A stretch of DNA of 64,000 nt, from IMG/VR virus record IMGVR_UViG_3300037466_001520, one strand, 5' to 3'. The notes beneath the pieces are model-generated. The model did not search any database. It was not told the DNA's origin and saw nothing but the letters and a program-made list of their open reading frames with translations. The stretch comes from a virus. Lineage: Duplodnaviria > Heunggongvirae > Uroviricota > Caudoviricetes. Positions 44,582 through 54,243 of this stretch are shown here, piece by piece. Each line of letters starts with the position of its first letter. Position 1 is the stretch's first letter. Both the position numbers and the translations under genes were made by a program.

Positions 44582-46035
44582 CGCCCTCTGAGCGTGCTGC
44601 GCTGGGCGCGGAAGTGCTGGCGGTACGACCCCATACCCACGCCCGGAGAAGGCAGGCGACGGCCCACAGGGCTCGTGGCGCGGAAGCCTCCCGGGTGGAG
44701 TCCCTCGGGCGGGGAGATGAGCACGGAGATGATGCCCCAGACCATCGCGTCCATGCGGTCGGGCGAGGTCGACGTGTCCATGGGATCGTAGAAGAGGAGC
44801 TGGTCCTCAAGCTCGGGGAAGGTGTCCGCCAGCGCCACACGGCCCTGCTGCATCGCGATCACGACCGGCTCGGAGCGCGTTACCTTGCCCTGCTTGGCGT
44901 GGACGAACATGACCTTGAGCGAGGGGTCCTCGGCGTTGATCGCCATTTGGAGGAGCTGACCTCCTTGGTTCTTCTCGACCACGACGAACTTGGTCCGGTG
45001 GGCACGGGCCGCGTCGGCAACCTGACGCGCCCACACGTCCGGAGAGGCGTTGAGCGAGTAGTCCGCGAGGACGGCAGCTCGGCGCTTGGTGAGGTCGCGC
45101 TCGACGGTCGAGCCGATAGCCATGATGCCGCACTCGTCTCGCTGCTTCGGGTCCCCGGAGACGGACGGGTCGACGGCGATGATGCGCAGCGGCCACGTCG
45201 AGGGTACGACCAGACTCTTCGCGGACTCGATCATGTCGGTGGTGAAGACGATTCCCTCGGCGTCGTCGATCATCTCGCCCATAAGCTCCTGCTTGGCGAG
45301 GTCCGAGTTGCCGTATTGACGCACCATGAAGTCGAGGTAGTCCTTGGAGAGCGAGGAGTTCTCGAAGGTGTTTCCTCGAACAATTACGATTTTCTCTTCG
45401 GGGTTCTTCGAGCGCTCGATCAGCTCGCGCATGACCTTCGTACGCTTCGGCGTGGTCGCGAGGAGCACCTGACCACCGCCACCTCCGGGGAGCTGGAGAC
45501 GGGTCGCCATGAGCAGGTTGGAGTACAGGGTCGCGCCGGAGGCGTCGGCTGTGGTGTTCCACGCCGCGAACTCGTCGCCGACCGCGAAGTGGAACTGCGG
45601 ACCACGCGCGGCGTCGGGGGACTCGGAGGAGAGGAGCTGGGCGTAGGAGCCGTTGGGCCAATGCAGCGACGTTGTGGAGGGCTTGTACTCTGGCCGCTCG
45701 TGCTCCGGGTGGACGGCGAGGATTCCGGACTCACCGGTCACGACGGTGTTACGGATGTCCATAACCGTCTTCGCCGCGATGCCGATACGGCACCCCGGAT
45801 ACTTGATCGCCATCTTGCGCACCCACTGGGTCATCGCCAGCGTCTTGCCGAAGCCTCGGCCAGCGATGAGCGCCGTGACGCGCCAGTTCCCTTCGGGAAT
45901 GAGCTGCTCCGGGCGGAGCCAGAACTCCGCGTCGTAGTTGAGCAGCGCCAGCTCTTCTTCTGTGTACTGCGCATAGATCTCCTCCTGCTGCTCAGGAGTG
46001 AGTTCTGCTACCTGCTCGGCAACTGACTTGCCCAT
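44578..46035 (-). CDS. terminase large subunit
   Basis: 485 aa; Walker A-like GRGFGKT; terminase_6-like nuclease C-terminal half; minus strand. Confidence 0.8.
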   Translation of the reverse strand: MGKSVAEQVAELTPEQQEEIYAQYTEEELALLNYDAEFWLRPEQLIPEGNWRVTALIAGRGFGKTLAMTQWVRKMAIKYPGCRIGIAAKTVMDIRNTVVTGESGILAVHPEHERPEYKPSTTSLHWPNGSYAQLLSSESPDAARGPQFHFAVGDEFAAWNTTADASGATLYSNLLMATRLQLPGGGGGQVLLATTPKRTKVMRELIERSKNPEEKIVIVRGNTFENSSLSKDYLDFMVRQYGNSDLAKQELMGEMIDDAEGIVFTTDMIESAKSLVVPSTWPLRIIAVDPSVSGDPKQRDECGIMAIGSTVERDLTKRRAAVLADYSLNASPDVWARQVADAARAHRTKFVVVEKNQGGQLLQMAINAEDPSLKVMFVHAKQGKVTRSEPVVIAMQQGRVALADTFPELEDQLLFYDPMDTSTSPDRMDAMVWGIISVLISPPEGLHPGGFRATSPVGRRLPSPGVGMGSYRQHFRAQRSTLRGR

Positions 46036-46039
46036 ATGT

Positions 46040-46261
46040 CTACCTCGGGGTTAGGACCGCGTAGAGGCTCTTCCCGAGGGACGTCAGGTGGTAGTAGGAG
46101 GACTGCGTCAGGCCTGCGGGGAGATCCTCGCTCACCGTCGCGTCAAGCTCCGCGCCTCGGAAGTATCGAGCAGAGTACTGCTCGGTGATCTGGGTCAGCT
46201 CGTCGGCTGATGGTGGGGCGTCGAGTGCGACAACGGCTCCGCGAAATCGTGCGTCTATCAT
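46040..46261 (-). CDS. hypothetical protein (possible small terminase partner)
   Basis: 73-aa minus-strand ORF immediately upstream of the terminase in the same orientation. Confidence 0.4.
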   Translation of the reverse strand: MIDARFRGAVVALDAPPSADELTQITEQYSARYFRGAELDATVSEDLPAGLTQSSYYHLTSLGKSLYAVLTPR

Positions 46262-46355
46262 ATATACATTCTACCGTCAAACCACACCACACCTGTTGAC
46301 ATCAGGTTTGACACTGTGTACCGTTGGTGGAGTGAAAATCGAAGAGTACAACTCA

Positions 46356-46559
46356 ATGAAGTTGAACGTGCTGCTCGCCTTCTTCTGGATCGTCATCGCC
46401 TTCATCGTGGCGTCGTTCATCATCGTCGGGGGCTACCTCATCGGCAAGAGCGTGCACGACGGAGACGTCCTCCACCAGCAGCAACAGGTCGACTGCATCA
46501 AGGCAGGCGGCGCTCCCAACATTTCCCGCGACAACGGATTGGTCTGCATCAAATCATGA
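46356..46559 (+). CDS. small membrane protein
   Basis: TM helix LLAFFWIVIAFIVASFIIVGG. Confidence 0.5.
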   Translation: MKLNVLLAFFWIVIAFIVASFIIVGGYLIGKSVHDGDVLHQQQQVDCIKAGGAPNISRDNGLVCIKS

Positions 46560-46756
46560 CACAGCGTGAATACCTCATCAGAAAAATCAGGGAAAGCTGG
46601 CCCGACGCGGCAGTCGGCGAGTACCCGGCACGGCATGGATACATCGCACCCGGAGACATCCCGCCCGTGCGAGACGGAGGGCTGACCGAGCGCCTCATCG
46701 AGCACGCCGTCGACACCGTCCTCGCGTCCCTGCTGCTGACGGAGGCGGCAGAGTGA
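46556..46756 (+). CDS. hypothetical protein
   Basis: ATGA overlap; 66 aa. Confidence 0.45.
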   Translation: MTQREYLIRKIRESWPDAAVGEYPARHGYIAPGDIPPVRDGGLTERLIEHAVDTVLASLLLTEAAE

Positions 46757-47238
46757 AGGTCTACATCGGAGGCCGCGCGAGCGGCAAGACACTCCTGACC
46801 GTCAACTGGTACCGAAAGAACCCGGGCGCGAAGATCCTCGTCGCCAGCGGCCAGCGCAAGTATCAGCTCTGGCAGCGGTTCGGCGTCCCGTTCGAGGACA
46901 TCATCACCCCGACCGATCTGGAGTTGCAGAAGCATCGGAGAATCCCTCGGGACACCAAGATCGCCATGGACGGGGTCGAGGAGATCTTCATCAGCCTGTG
47001 GCAGAATCTCCTCAGCCAGATCGGCCCCCACGCGGAGGTCGTCCAGACCACCTTCGACACCACATGGTTTGACAACCACTTCGACACTGTATATCTTACG
47101 GAGGAGAAGACAAGAGGAATCGTTAAGGAGTTCGAGAAGAATGACCAACCAGAAGTTCACGCACAAGAACGGCATGCCCGTGCCCTTTCGCGCGAAGTAC
47201 TACGCCGAGCAGATGCGTCGGCACAAGCGGCGGTTTAG
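46753..47238 (+). CDS. hypothetical P-loop protein (GGRASGKT)
   Basis: Its 3' ~100 nt reads through a promoter-like motif and overlaps the next gene, so the C-terminus is uncertain. Confidence 0.4.
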   Translation: MKVYIGGRASGKTLLTVNWYRKNPGAKILVASGQRKYQLWQRFGVPFEDIITPTDLELQKHRRIPRDTKIAMDGVEEIFISLWQNLLSQIGPHAEVVQTTFDTTWFDNHFDTVYLTEEKTRGIVKEFEKNDQPEVHAQERHARALSREVLRRADASAQAAV

Positions 47239-47578
47239 GATGCGGGTCCTCGGGGGGCTCCTCGTCGTGGTGCTTCTCGTCGGAGGGTACATCGGAATCG
47301 AGTCCTCATGGATCTCGAACACGCGGCAGACGGTTACCTGTACGGTCAACGGCAAGGATCACTCGGTCGCCTCCGACTCGTCGCCGGTCTACCGGGTCTA
47401 CACGGACGAGTGCGACGTCCTCGACATCAAGGACAATGGGTTCACCGGCACGTTCAACTCGGCCTCGATCTACGGCAAGATCCAGACGGGCAAGAAGTAC
47501 ACATTCGTCACGGTCGGACAGCGGATTCCATTCCTGTCTCTGTTCCCCGACATTATCGAAGTTCAGGCGGCAAACTAA
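47141..47578 (+). CDS. membrane protein
   Basis: ATG after AAGGAG; TM helix LLVVVLLVGGYIG. Confidence 0.5.
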   Translation: MTNQKFTHKNGMPVPFRAKYYAEQMRRHKRRFRMRVLGGLLVVVLLVGGYIGIESSWISNTRQTVTCTVNGKDHSVASDSSPVYRVYTDECDVLDIKDNGFTGTFNSASIYGKIQTGKKYTFVTVGQRIPFLSLFPDIIEVQAAN

Positions 47579-47863
47579 ATGCAAGCTATCGACCTCCAGC
47601 CAGCAGTCCACGCCTCGGCCAAGGAGTACTGGAACCTCCGGACCATGCTCGACGGGCGTCCGGAGTGGGACGACCTCGACGCGATCACCCGGCAGGAGGT
47701 CCAGAACCACGCGATCCCGTTCATTTCGCACGCGGTGCCGGAACTATTCAAACAATTCACGCAGCAGATTCTTGATCTGATTATCATGAGCGAGGAGAAG
47801 GGCGTCGACCCGTACCTCATTCTGACGGACATAAAGATGAAGCTGGAGGACCATTCGGCCTAG
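47579..47863 (+). CDS. hypothetical protein
   Basis: 94-aa ORF. Confidence 0.5.
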   Translation: MQAIDLQPAVHASAKEYWNLRTMLDGRPEWDDLDAITRQEVQNHAIPFISHAVPELFKQFTQQILDLIIMSEEKGVDPYLILTDIKMKLEDHSA

Positions 47864-47910
47864 CCGGATCAGGTGCGCTATCATCAAGCTACAGATAGGG
47901 AAGGACAGCT

Positions 47911-48192
47911 ATGCCAGACACTCGTGACCTCGCACTCGGAGCTACCGTCAAGATCTTCCGCTCACAGCGGAGGCTCACCCAGCAGAACGTCTCCAAGCTC
48001 ATGAAGATCCATGGGCACCACACGTGGCACACCTCTACGGTGTCCATGATCGAGCACGGACGGCGACGTCTCCGCATGTCGGAGGCGGGGGCGCTGTCGA
48101 AGACCCTCGGCGTGCCCGTCAAGAAGCTGCTCGAAGCAGCCAACGCGGTCGACCGAGGCTTGACAGGGATCGTCGACGAACGCAAGCGCTAA
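47911..48192 (+). CDS. XRE-family helix-turn-helix regulator
   Basis: LTQQNVSKLMKIHGHHTWHTSTVSMIEHGRR HTH; terminator downstream. Confidence 0.7.
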   Translation: MPDTRDLALGATVKIFRSQRRLTQQNVSKLMKIHGHHTWHTSTVSMIEHGRRRLRMSEAGALSKTLGVPVKKLLEAANAVDRGLTGIVDERKR

Positions 48193-48225
48193 CCCGAGGG
48201 GGCCGAAAGGCCCCCTTTCGCTTGA
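48193..48225 (+). terminator. intrinsic terminator GGGGGCC-gaaa-GGCCCCC-TTTCGCTTG
   Basis: After the XRE regulator gene. Confidence 0.55.
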
Positions 48226-48278
48226 CAGTCGATTGGACATCTGTATATGCTTGCTTCACCAACGACGGAAGGAACGCC

Positions 48279-48521
48279 ATGAAAGACCTCACCGACTTCA
48301 CCGGATTCGACTTCGACGCATGGAAGCTCGACCCCGACCGGATGCGCCCGAAGACCTTCTCCTTCGAGAAGTCCGACTGGGAGCCGCTCCCGGTCAACCT
48401 GCGGATCCACCACAACGCGATGCAGTCGACGTCCATCGGCATGACGCCAGCGGAGCTGGTCGACCTCTACGACACCATCGGGAGGTTCATCCTCGCCCAC
48501 AACCTGCGCGACCACGTCTAG
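48279..48521 (+). CDS. hypothetical protein
   Basis: RBS GGAAGGAACGCC. Confidence 0.5.
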   Translation: MKDLTDFTGFDFDAWKLDPDRMRPKTFSFEKSDWEPLPVNLRIHHNAMQSTSIGMTPAELVDLYDTIGRFILAHNLRDHV

Positions 48522-48559
48522 ACACAAAGCGTTCACTTGAGTATAGTAGGAGGTACGGA

Positions 48560-48790
48560 ATGGCCCAGCTCACACGGGAAGTCATCGAGACGCTCGTCGC
48601 GGAAGCCGAGATGGACATGGTCGACGCGATCATCCACAACGAACAGCTCCACTACCAGCAGTTGAAGGAGACCAGATCATGGTTGCTGAACTTGTTGAAT
48701 CAGCCGTCGAGGATGACCTCGACCTCGAACGACTCATCGAGGACACTGAGATCTACAAACGGATCCATCGAGGAGTCGGAGAATGAGTGA
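48560..48790 (+). CDS. hypothetical protein
   Basis: RBS GGAGGTACGGA. Confidence 0.45.
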   Translation: MAQLTREVIETLVAEAEMDMVDAIIHNEQLHYQQLKETRSWLLNLLNQPSRMTSTSNDSSRTLRSTNGSIEESENE

Positions 48791-49037
48791 GACCCTAGTC
48801 CCAGACCTCAAGCGGGTCACCATTGGGGACGTCATCGGAGGAGTAGAGCGGACACTCGGCGACGAGGGGCTCGAATATCTCCAGACCCTCTTGGAGCTGC
48901 TCGGGCTTGTCGCCCGCACCGACTCCATCGAGGACAAGTCAAAGTCAGGCAGGGACGCCGCGATCTACTCGGAGCTGTGGCTCAAGGTCCAGCGCGAGGC
49001 GGTCCGGGCGGCACGAGAAGGGAACACCGCTTCATGA
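48783..49037 (+). CDS. hypothetical protein
   Basis: ATGA overlap. Confidence 0.45.
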   Translation: MSETLVPDLKRVTIGDVIGGVERTLGDEGLEYLQTLLELLGLVARTDSIEDKSKSGRDAAIYSELWLKVQREAVRAAREGNTAS

Positions 49038-49318
49038 GCAACGTCATCACCGTCAAGCCTCGCGTGCGGAAGCGCCGCGCGATGCAGTACACCGGGACTC
49101 CGGAAAACCTCAAGGAGGTGCAGGAGTTCACCGGGGCAGAGGTCATGGAGCGCAACCACCTCATGGCCCGCCTGCTGCTCCCGGGCAAGACCGAGGTGTT
49201 GACGGTGTACCGCAAGGACTGGATCCTCGAATCGCACGGGGTGGGGCCGAAGTTCTTCGCCCAGAACGACGTCGTGTTCCAGAAGACGTTCAAGGTGGCG
49301 GCTCGTGGGGACGACTAA
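49034..49318 (+). CDS. hypothetical protein
   Basis: ATGA overlap; 94 aa. Confidence 0.5.
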   Translation: MSNVITVKPRVRKRRAMQYTGTPENLKEVQEFTGAEVMERNHLMARLLLPGKTEVLTVYRKDWILESHGVGPKFFAQNDVVFQKTFKVAARGDD

Positions 49319-49550
49319 GCGGCGCATGCGCCTCCGCAAGGCAGAGGCGCGCCCCGAGCTGGCCTGCCCGCACCCGGAGAAGACCCCGTTCAAGACCGAG
49401 GTCGAGGCCTACCACTGCGTGCTCAAGCGCAGCAAGGTCACCGGTCGCGCCTTCCGGGTCTACGAATGCTACACTGCGGATGGTAAGAAGCACTTCCACA
49501 TGACCAAGAAGCTCAACCGAGTTGACAGGTCTCCGGCCCTTGCGGCATAA
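49305..49550 (+). CDS. hypothetical Cys/His-containing protein
   Basis: GTG start; CPHPEK ... HC ... ECY ... HFH. Confidence 0.5.
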   Translation: MGTTKRRMRLRKAEARPELACPHPEKTPFKTEVEAYHCVLKRSKVTGRAFRVYECYTADGKKHFHMTKKLNRVDRSPALAA

Positions 49551-49557
49551 TGGTTGA

Positions 49558-49839
49558 GTGGACACTGTAAACCATACGAATCTGGATCGAGACCCCGAGG
49601 TGTTCATCCACACCTCGACCGAGAAGGAGATCCGCGAGCGGATCCTGCGGCGCGAGGCGACTACCGAGGACGCCGAATGGCTCGCCAACGTCCTCGACCT
49701 CACCCGCGAGATGTACTCGATCCTCAAGCAGATCAACGAGCGGCTCATCGACCGCGCATATACCCCGCCACAACCGGTGCCAATGCCAGTCTGGCCCGCC
49801 CCTAATCCCTACCCTTGGGGCCAACAGATCTGGTGCTGA
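49558..49839 (+). CDS. hypothetical protein
   Basis: The track GTG lies inside a TGGACACTGTAAAC motif and the first 8 codons are GC3-poor; alternative start GTG 49600. Confidence 0.4.
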   Translation: MDTVNHTNLDRDPEVFIHTSTEKEIRERILRREATTEDAEWLANVLDLTREMYSILKQINERLIDRAYTPPQPVPMPVWPAPNPYPWGQQIWC

Positions 49840-49869
49840 CACACCTATGATCTAGAACTGGAGGCAGGC

Positions 49870-50259
49870 GTGAGCCTTGCTTCATACTGCAACAACATAC
49901 ACCCCCACTTCCTCTCCGTCTGGTGGGACGAGCACGGAGAGATCAACTGGAACTCCGAGTGCCCCGGCTACGACGACTGCCAAGTCTGGTACGAGTGCGA
50001 GGCCTGCCCCCACGAGCCATCTCGCGAGGAGCAATTGGAAGGTGTATATATTAGCCACGGCTACGCCCACTTCCTCATCGACGGCTTCTGGGCCATCGAC
50101 GACGGAAACCACCACTGCGCCCTCGTCGCCGATGACGGCGCGATCAACCAAGCAGCTTCGCTCGCCAAGCGCCTCAAGGGAGGCATCTGGCCGGTCTCGG
50201 TCAGGAGCCAGCTCGGCAAGTGGAACGTCCATCACGCCCCCGGAGAATACAGGAAATGA
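49870..50259 (+). CDS. hypothetical Cys-rich protein
   Basis: 129 aa; CPGYDDCQVWYECEACPHE. Confidence 0.5.
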   Translation: MSLASYCNNIHPHFLSVWWDEHGEINWNSECPGYDDCQVWYECEACPHEPSREEQLEGVYISHGYAHFLIDGFWAIDDGNHHCALVADDGAINQAASLAKRLKGGIWPVSVRSQLGKWNVHHAPGEYRK

Positions 50260-50642
50260 CAGACAAGATCCGCACCCACATCGCAGCCACCGACTCTACC
50301 AACACCCTCATGGTCACGGAGAACAACGACGGGGAGCTGGAGGTCAAGATCCTCTGCGCGTACGGCAAGACCGTTGCCAAGATCAACGTCAAGAAGCAGC
50401 ACCTCTTCTCCAGCGTCCCGGTGCCGTTCGGCCAGTTCGAATTCCCCACCACCCCGGGGACCAAGTTCACCGCGTTCGACCCCGACGACCTCGACACCTA
50501 CACCTACGAGACCTTCACGAACGGCTCGGGCGGAACACTCTACGGCCTCTTGAACGATGTCGGCGGGCTGAACTCCGATTACATCTACACCGTCCCGGAG
50601 CTACGCAATCACAGCGAGTTCCTGCTCGTGGCGCAGGACTGA
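50256..50642 (+). CDS. hypothetical protein
   Basis: ATGA overlap. Confidence 0.5.
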   Translation: MTDKIRTHIAATDSTNTLMVTENNDGELEVKILCAYGKTVAKINVKKQHLFSSVPVPFGQFEFPTTPGTKFTAFDPDDLDTYTYETFTNGSGGTLYGLLNDVGGLNSDYIYTVPELRNHSEFLLVAQD

Positions 50643-50711
50643 GAAATCCTTGGGCTGGTCCGGTTGAAAGGTGTATACTTTAGCCAGCCGGACCAGACGA
50701 AAGGACCCACG

Positions 50712-50879
50712 ATGACAGATCCCAGACAGAAGAAGCGCTGGTGGCAGCGCGACAGCATCCACATCCCGCAGTTCAGCTTCTCAGACCTGATCATGTTCGA
50801 CCTCCTCTCCGAGGTCATCGGAGACCTGATCGAGGGCATCGTCGTCATCGTCGCCGAGATCGTCGAGGGGATCTGGTGA
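50712..50879 (+). CDS. small hydrophobic protein (55 aa)
   Basis: RBS AAAGGACCC. Confidence 0.4.
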   Translation: MTDPRQKKRWWQRDSIHIPQFSFSDLIMFDLLSEVIGDLIEGIVVIVAEIVEGIW

Positions 50880-51376
50880 AGCGCCTGATCGCGGTCCTCG
50901 GGATCGCCGTCCTCGCGGGCATCGGCGTCACCGCCTGCGACAACACCACGACGGTCAACTGCCTCGACCGTCAGGCCTACGTCGTCCCGCTGGACGATGT
51001 GCAGGAGGCAGTCCCGGAGAAGGGCGCGGCCCCTCCAGCACCCAAGCCACCGCCCCCGGCACCCAAGTCCGGAACCATCGCGGGCAAGTCGAACACCTCG
51101 GGCGGAACCACCACGAGCACGGTCAAGACCCCGACGACGCGCTTCACCTCTACAGCGCCGAGGACGTACTCCTCGACGACGGCGAGGACCAATTACTACT
51201 ACACCGCCCACTTCTACGACAACGTCCACTACGGCGTCAGCATCAACCCATACGTCCCGCTCCGCCCGTACTACATCGGCTGGGGCTACGTCGGTCCGCA
51301 CCCGTTCCTGACCTACAACTACCTCTACGGCTGGGACGCCGGGTACGTCGCCGGGTCGATGAACAACCAGTGCTAG
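50876..51376 (+). CDS. putative lipoprotein (Pro/Ser/Thr-rich, Tyr-rich C-terminus)
   Basis: GTGA overlap; signal peptide LIAVLGIAVLAGIGVTAC with lipobox-like VTAC. Confidence 0.55.
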   Translation: MKRLIAVLGIAVLAGIGVTACDNTTTVNCLDRQAYVVPLDDVQEAVPEKGAAPPAPKPPPPAPKSGTIAGKSNTSGGTTTSTVKTPTTRFTSTAPRTYSSTTARTNYYYTAHFYDNVHYGVSINPYVPLRPYYIGWGYVGPHPFLTYNYLYGWDAGYVAGSMNNQC

Positions 51377-51389
51377 GAGGCACGAGCAA

Positions 51390-51770
51390 ATGAGCAACTC
51401 CCAATACGGCTGGGTCGGCGGGACGTTCTACTACCGCGACTACGACATGGACGGCTTCGAGTTCTCTCCCCACGAGGAGGGGATCAGCGTCACCGAGTGC
51501 CTCGAAGGCTTCTCCCTGATCCCGTTCGAGGACATCCACCACGTCGCCGCAGCGATGCTGGAATTCAGCAGGCCGCTGGACGAGGACCAGATGACCCACC
51601 TCCCGGTCGGCTCCATCGCGCTCGCCAAGCTCGGCCACCGGACGACCGCCTTCAAGAAGATCGGCTGGGGCCACTGGCTCATCCCGGGCGACAACGAGAG
51701 CATCTCCACGCAGGAGATCCTCCTCGACGGCTGGACGCTCACGCTCATCCACCTCGCCACCGGAGTTTGA
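51390..51770 (+). CDS. hypothetical protein
   Basis: 126-aa ORF. Confidence 0.5.
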   Translation: MSNSQYGWVGGTFYYRDYDMDGFEFSPHEEGISVTECLEGFSLIPFEDIHHVAAAMLEFSRPLDEDQMTHLPVGSIALAKLGHRTTAFKKIGWGHWLIPGDNESISTQEILLDGWTLTLIHLATGV

Positions 51771-51801
51771 CACTGCGGATGATGTGTGCGAGGATGGCGG
51801 T

Positions 51802-51996
51802 ATGACAGAAGAGACCCAGAACGGGCTGCTGAACGCCATGGGCCAGATCGCGACACTCGTCGCGCTCTACTCCGGGTTCAAGCAGCAGTTCCTCGACGCG
51901 GGCTGGTCCCCCGAGGCAGCGGAGCAGCTAGTCATCATCTCGATCAAGCAGAACTTCGCGGAGCAGAACGCTGCGAAAGGCATCGCCAATGGCTAA
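51802..51996 (+). CDS. hypothetical protein
   Basis: ATG 51802 (track 51784). Confidence 0.45.
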   Translation: MTEETQNGLLNAMGQIATLVALYSGFKQQFLDAGWSPEAAEQLVIISIKQNFAEQNAAKGIANG

Positions 51997-52162
51997 TACA
52001 CCGCTGACCATGCAGATCCCGCTCAAGGGCACGCTCTACCTGCGCCTCGACGGACAGGAGCAGGTGATCGAGCTAGGTAAGGTCACCTACCATGCGGACG
52101 TGAACGTCCAGCTCCAGCCGAGCACCATCTCGCCCACCACCTTCGAGTTCAAGAAGAACTGA
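51989..52162 (+). CDS. small hypothetical protein (57 aa), not in ORF track
   Basis: ATG overlapping upstream TAA; nearly all codons end in G/C. Confidence 0.4.
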   Translation: MANTPLTMQIPLKGTLYLRLDGQEQVIELGKVTYHADVNVQLQPSTISPTTFEFKKN

Positions 52163-52179
52163 TGAGCACGATCTTTTGC

Positions 52180-52195
52180 AAGAATTGCAAAAACC
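52180..52195 (+). promoter_or_regulatory. TTGCAA-GAA-TTGCAA dyad (putative operator or mRNA hairpin) just upstream of the RBS
   Basis: TTTTGCAAGAATTGCAAAA; same element at 54461-54475 and 59582-59597. Confidence 0.45.
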
Positions 52196-52215
52196 TACCG
52201 AGGAAGCTCTACTAA

Positions 52216-52551
52216 ATGGGATACGGATTCTACACACTGCCCGATGGCCGGGAGGCCGGGTACCTCGTCGACGCCGAGTGCGACAAGGAGGGCTGCACCG
52301 AGGAGATCGACAGGGGCTTCGACTACCTCTGCGGAGACGCCCCGGACGGGCACCGCTCCTTCGACGAGCCCGGGTGCGGCCTGTACTTCTGCTGGACGCA
52401 CCAAGACGACCACGACTGCCCCAACCCCGAGTGCGGCAAGTACAGCACGGACGGCCACCACTACTGCCAGCTCCCCGCCGACCACGACGAGGGGCACTTC
52501 GACCGGGACTCCGGGGCGTACTTCACCAAGACCGAGGAGGATCTCGTCTGA
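52216..52551 (+). CDS. Cys/His-rich zinc-binding protein
   Basis: Multiple CxxC/HxxC pairs; preceded by a TTGCAAGAATTGCAA dyad. Confidence 0.5.
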   Translation: MGYGFYTLPDGREAGYLVDAECDKEGCTEEIDRGFDYLCGDAPDGHRSFDEPGCGLYFCWTHQDDHDCPNPECGKYSTDGHHYCQLPADHDEGHFDRDSGAYFTKTEEDLV

Positions 52552-53027
52552 TGCGTATCTGGTATGACGCCGAATTCTTGGAGGATGGAAAAACCATCGA
52601 CCTGATCTCAATCGGCATGGTGCGCGAGGACGGCGCTGAGCTGCACCTCGTGAACTTCGACGCCGACTGGCACCGGATCAGCCGCGACGAGTGGCTGATG
52701 GAGAACGTCATCCCGCAGATACAGGGCATGTTCCCGGTGCCCAAAGACCAGCTCGCCGAGGAGGTCCGCCAGTTCGTCACCGAGGGCCTCGCCCCGGGCG
52801 AGACGGCAGAGCTATGGGCTTGGTACGGAGCGTACGACCACGTCGTCCTGTGCCAGCTCTACGGGAAGATGATCAACCTTCCCAAGGGCTTCCCGATGTT
52901 CACCCACGACCTCAGGCAGCTCGCCAAATCCCGGGACCTGCCCAAGCAGGAGGAGGGCAAGCACGACGCCTTGGAGGACGCCCGGTGGGTCCAGAGGGCA
53001 TGGACCCACAACCTGATCTGGAACTAG
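52551..53027 (+). CDS. DEDDh 3'-5' exonuclease (RNase T/oligoribonuclease-like)
   Basis: WYDAEF (Exo I) and HDALEDA (Exo III with His); TGATG overlap. Confidence 0.65.
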   Translation: MRIWYDAEFLEDGKTIDLISIGMVREDGAELHLVNFDADWHRISRDEWLMENVIPQIQGMFPVPKDQLAEEVRQFVTEGLAPGETAELWAWYGAYDHVVLCQLYGKMINLPKGFPMFTHDLRQLAKSRDLPKQEEGKHDALEDARWVQRAWTHNLIWN

Positions 53028-53099
53028 CAGAGAGCGCTCGGTTGACACCGGGCGCTCTTCTGTATATGGTAAGACTACCAACAAGGAAAGGTAGACACC

Positions 53100-53447
53100 A
53101 TGCACCGTATCAAAGTAGACGACCTCCGAGGGATCCGCCCGGGATACGACGTCCGGGTCCCGTACTTCGGCGCTGTCCTCGAAGGGCCGTACGACGACAT
53201 CCTCCTGATCAACGGGGACGAGATCACCTTCAAGGTCGGGGCCAACGACGTCACCCTCACCCGAGACACCGAGATCGGCATCTTCAACGCCTTCGAGCGG
53301 CTCAACGTCTCCGACGCCGTCTGCCTCTGGGAGGACACGGTCGGGGACTCGGGCGATGCACCCAGCAGCAAGGAGCTGCACGATTACACCATCGCCGTCT
53401 TCGAGGACATCAAAGTAGACAAGTGGGCCTCGACCCAGCACTACTGA
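53100..53447 (+). CDS. hypothetical protein
   Basis: 115-aa ORF; TTGACA-N17-TATGGT promoter at ~53039. Confidence 0.5.
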   Translation: MHRIKVDDLRGIRPGYDVRVPYFGAVLEGPYDDILLINGDEITFKVGANDVTLTRDTEIGIFNAFERLNVSDAVCLWEDTVGDSGDAPSSKELHDYTIAVFEDIKVDKWASTQHY

Positions 53448-53488
53448 CCGTGATAGACAGGACGGGCAGGCCGACAGACAGGGACGAC

Positions 53489-53719
53489 ATGCAGACGACA
53501 GCTTGGTTCGTGCGCCACGGGATCGACCTCGGCAGGGTAGTCGAGGTTGGATCTACATCGTTCGAGCGCTTCGGGGCGCTGTCCCGGGTGGGCGCGGCGA
53601 AGCTCGTCGAGACCGTCTTCCCCAGCATCATCGAGGCGCTTGAGCAGCAGGCCCGACGCGAGGGTTCGGAGGCCGCAGCCGACTGGCTCAAGGCGCTCCA
53701 GCAGCGCCCCTTCAAGTAA
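53489..53719 (+). CDS. hypothetical protein
   Basis: In-frame ATG (alternative GTG 53450). Confidence 0.4.
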   Translation: MQTTAWFVRHGIDLGRVVEVGSTSFERFGALSRVGAAKLVETVFPSIIEALEQQARREGSEAAADWLKALQQRPFK

Positions 53720-53811
53720 CGCTCAGAACACGGCAGAAAACCGGCTCAGAGCGCTTGTGTAACTCTGTATATGCTGATAGTCTTTCCATACCAACAGGGG
53801 AGGAGAAAGCC

Positions 53812-54243
53812 ATGGTCAAGACCTACAGGCCGAAGGACCGGGACGTCCAAGCAGCACAGTGGACCGGGGACCTGCAATCGGCCAACGAAATCATCCGGTG
53901 GGCGGAGCGCCTTTCAATCCCAGCCGAATACCGGCTGGCCGAGGACAGCGGGTTCCTCGACGACGTGCTCGTCATCAAGCAGTTCGACACAGAGGTCGTC
54001 TACGTCCACAAGGACTGGTGGCTCGCCTTCGACGGGACGTGGTTCCAAGCCTACGACCCGCACTACTTCCCGGCGCTGTTCGAGGAGGTCGAGGAGGATC
54101 CGCGCATCGAGAGGCTCAAGGCCATGCGCGACGAGTTGGCCGCGATGATCGACGAGCACAAGAACACCCTGCTCGGGCCAGTCCTCATGGCCTACGAAGG
54201 GACGCTGCGCGCGCTCAACTACGCCCTGCTGGAGACCGAATGA
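53812..54243 (+). CDS. hypothetical protein
   Basis: RBS GGAGGAGAAAGCC. Confidence 0.5.
   Translation: MVKTYRPKDRDVQAAQWTGDLQSANEIIRWAERLSIPAEYRLAEDSGFLDDVLVIKQFDTEVVYVHKDWWLAFDGTWFQAYDPHYFPALFEEVEEDPRIERLKAMRDELAAMIDEHKNTLLGPVLMAYEGTLRALNYALLETE

Noticed and set aside
44239-46026. 595-aa plus-strand ORF overlapping the terminase
   Set aside because: Arg-rich nonsense translation; the minus-strand frame encodes a recognisable large terminase.
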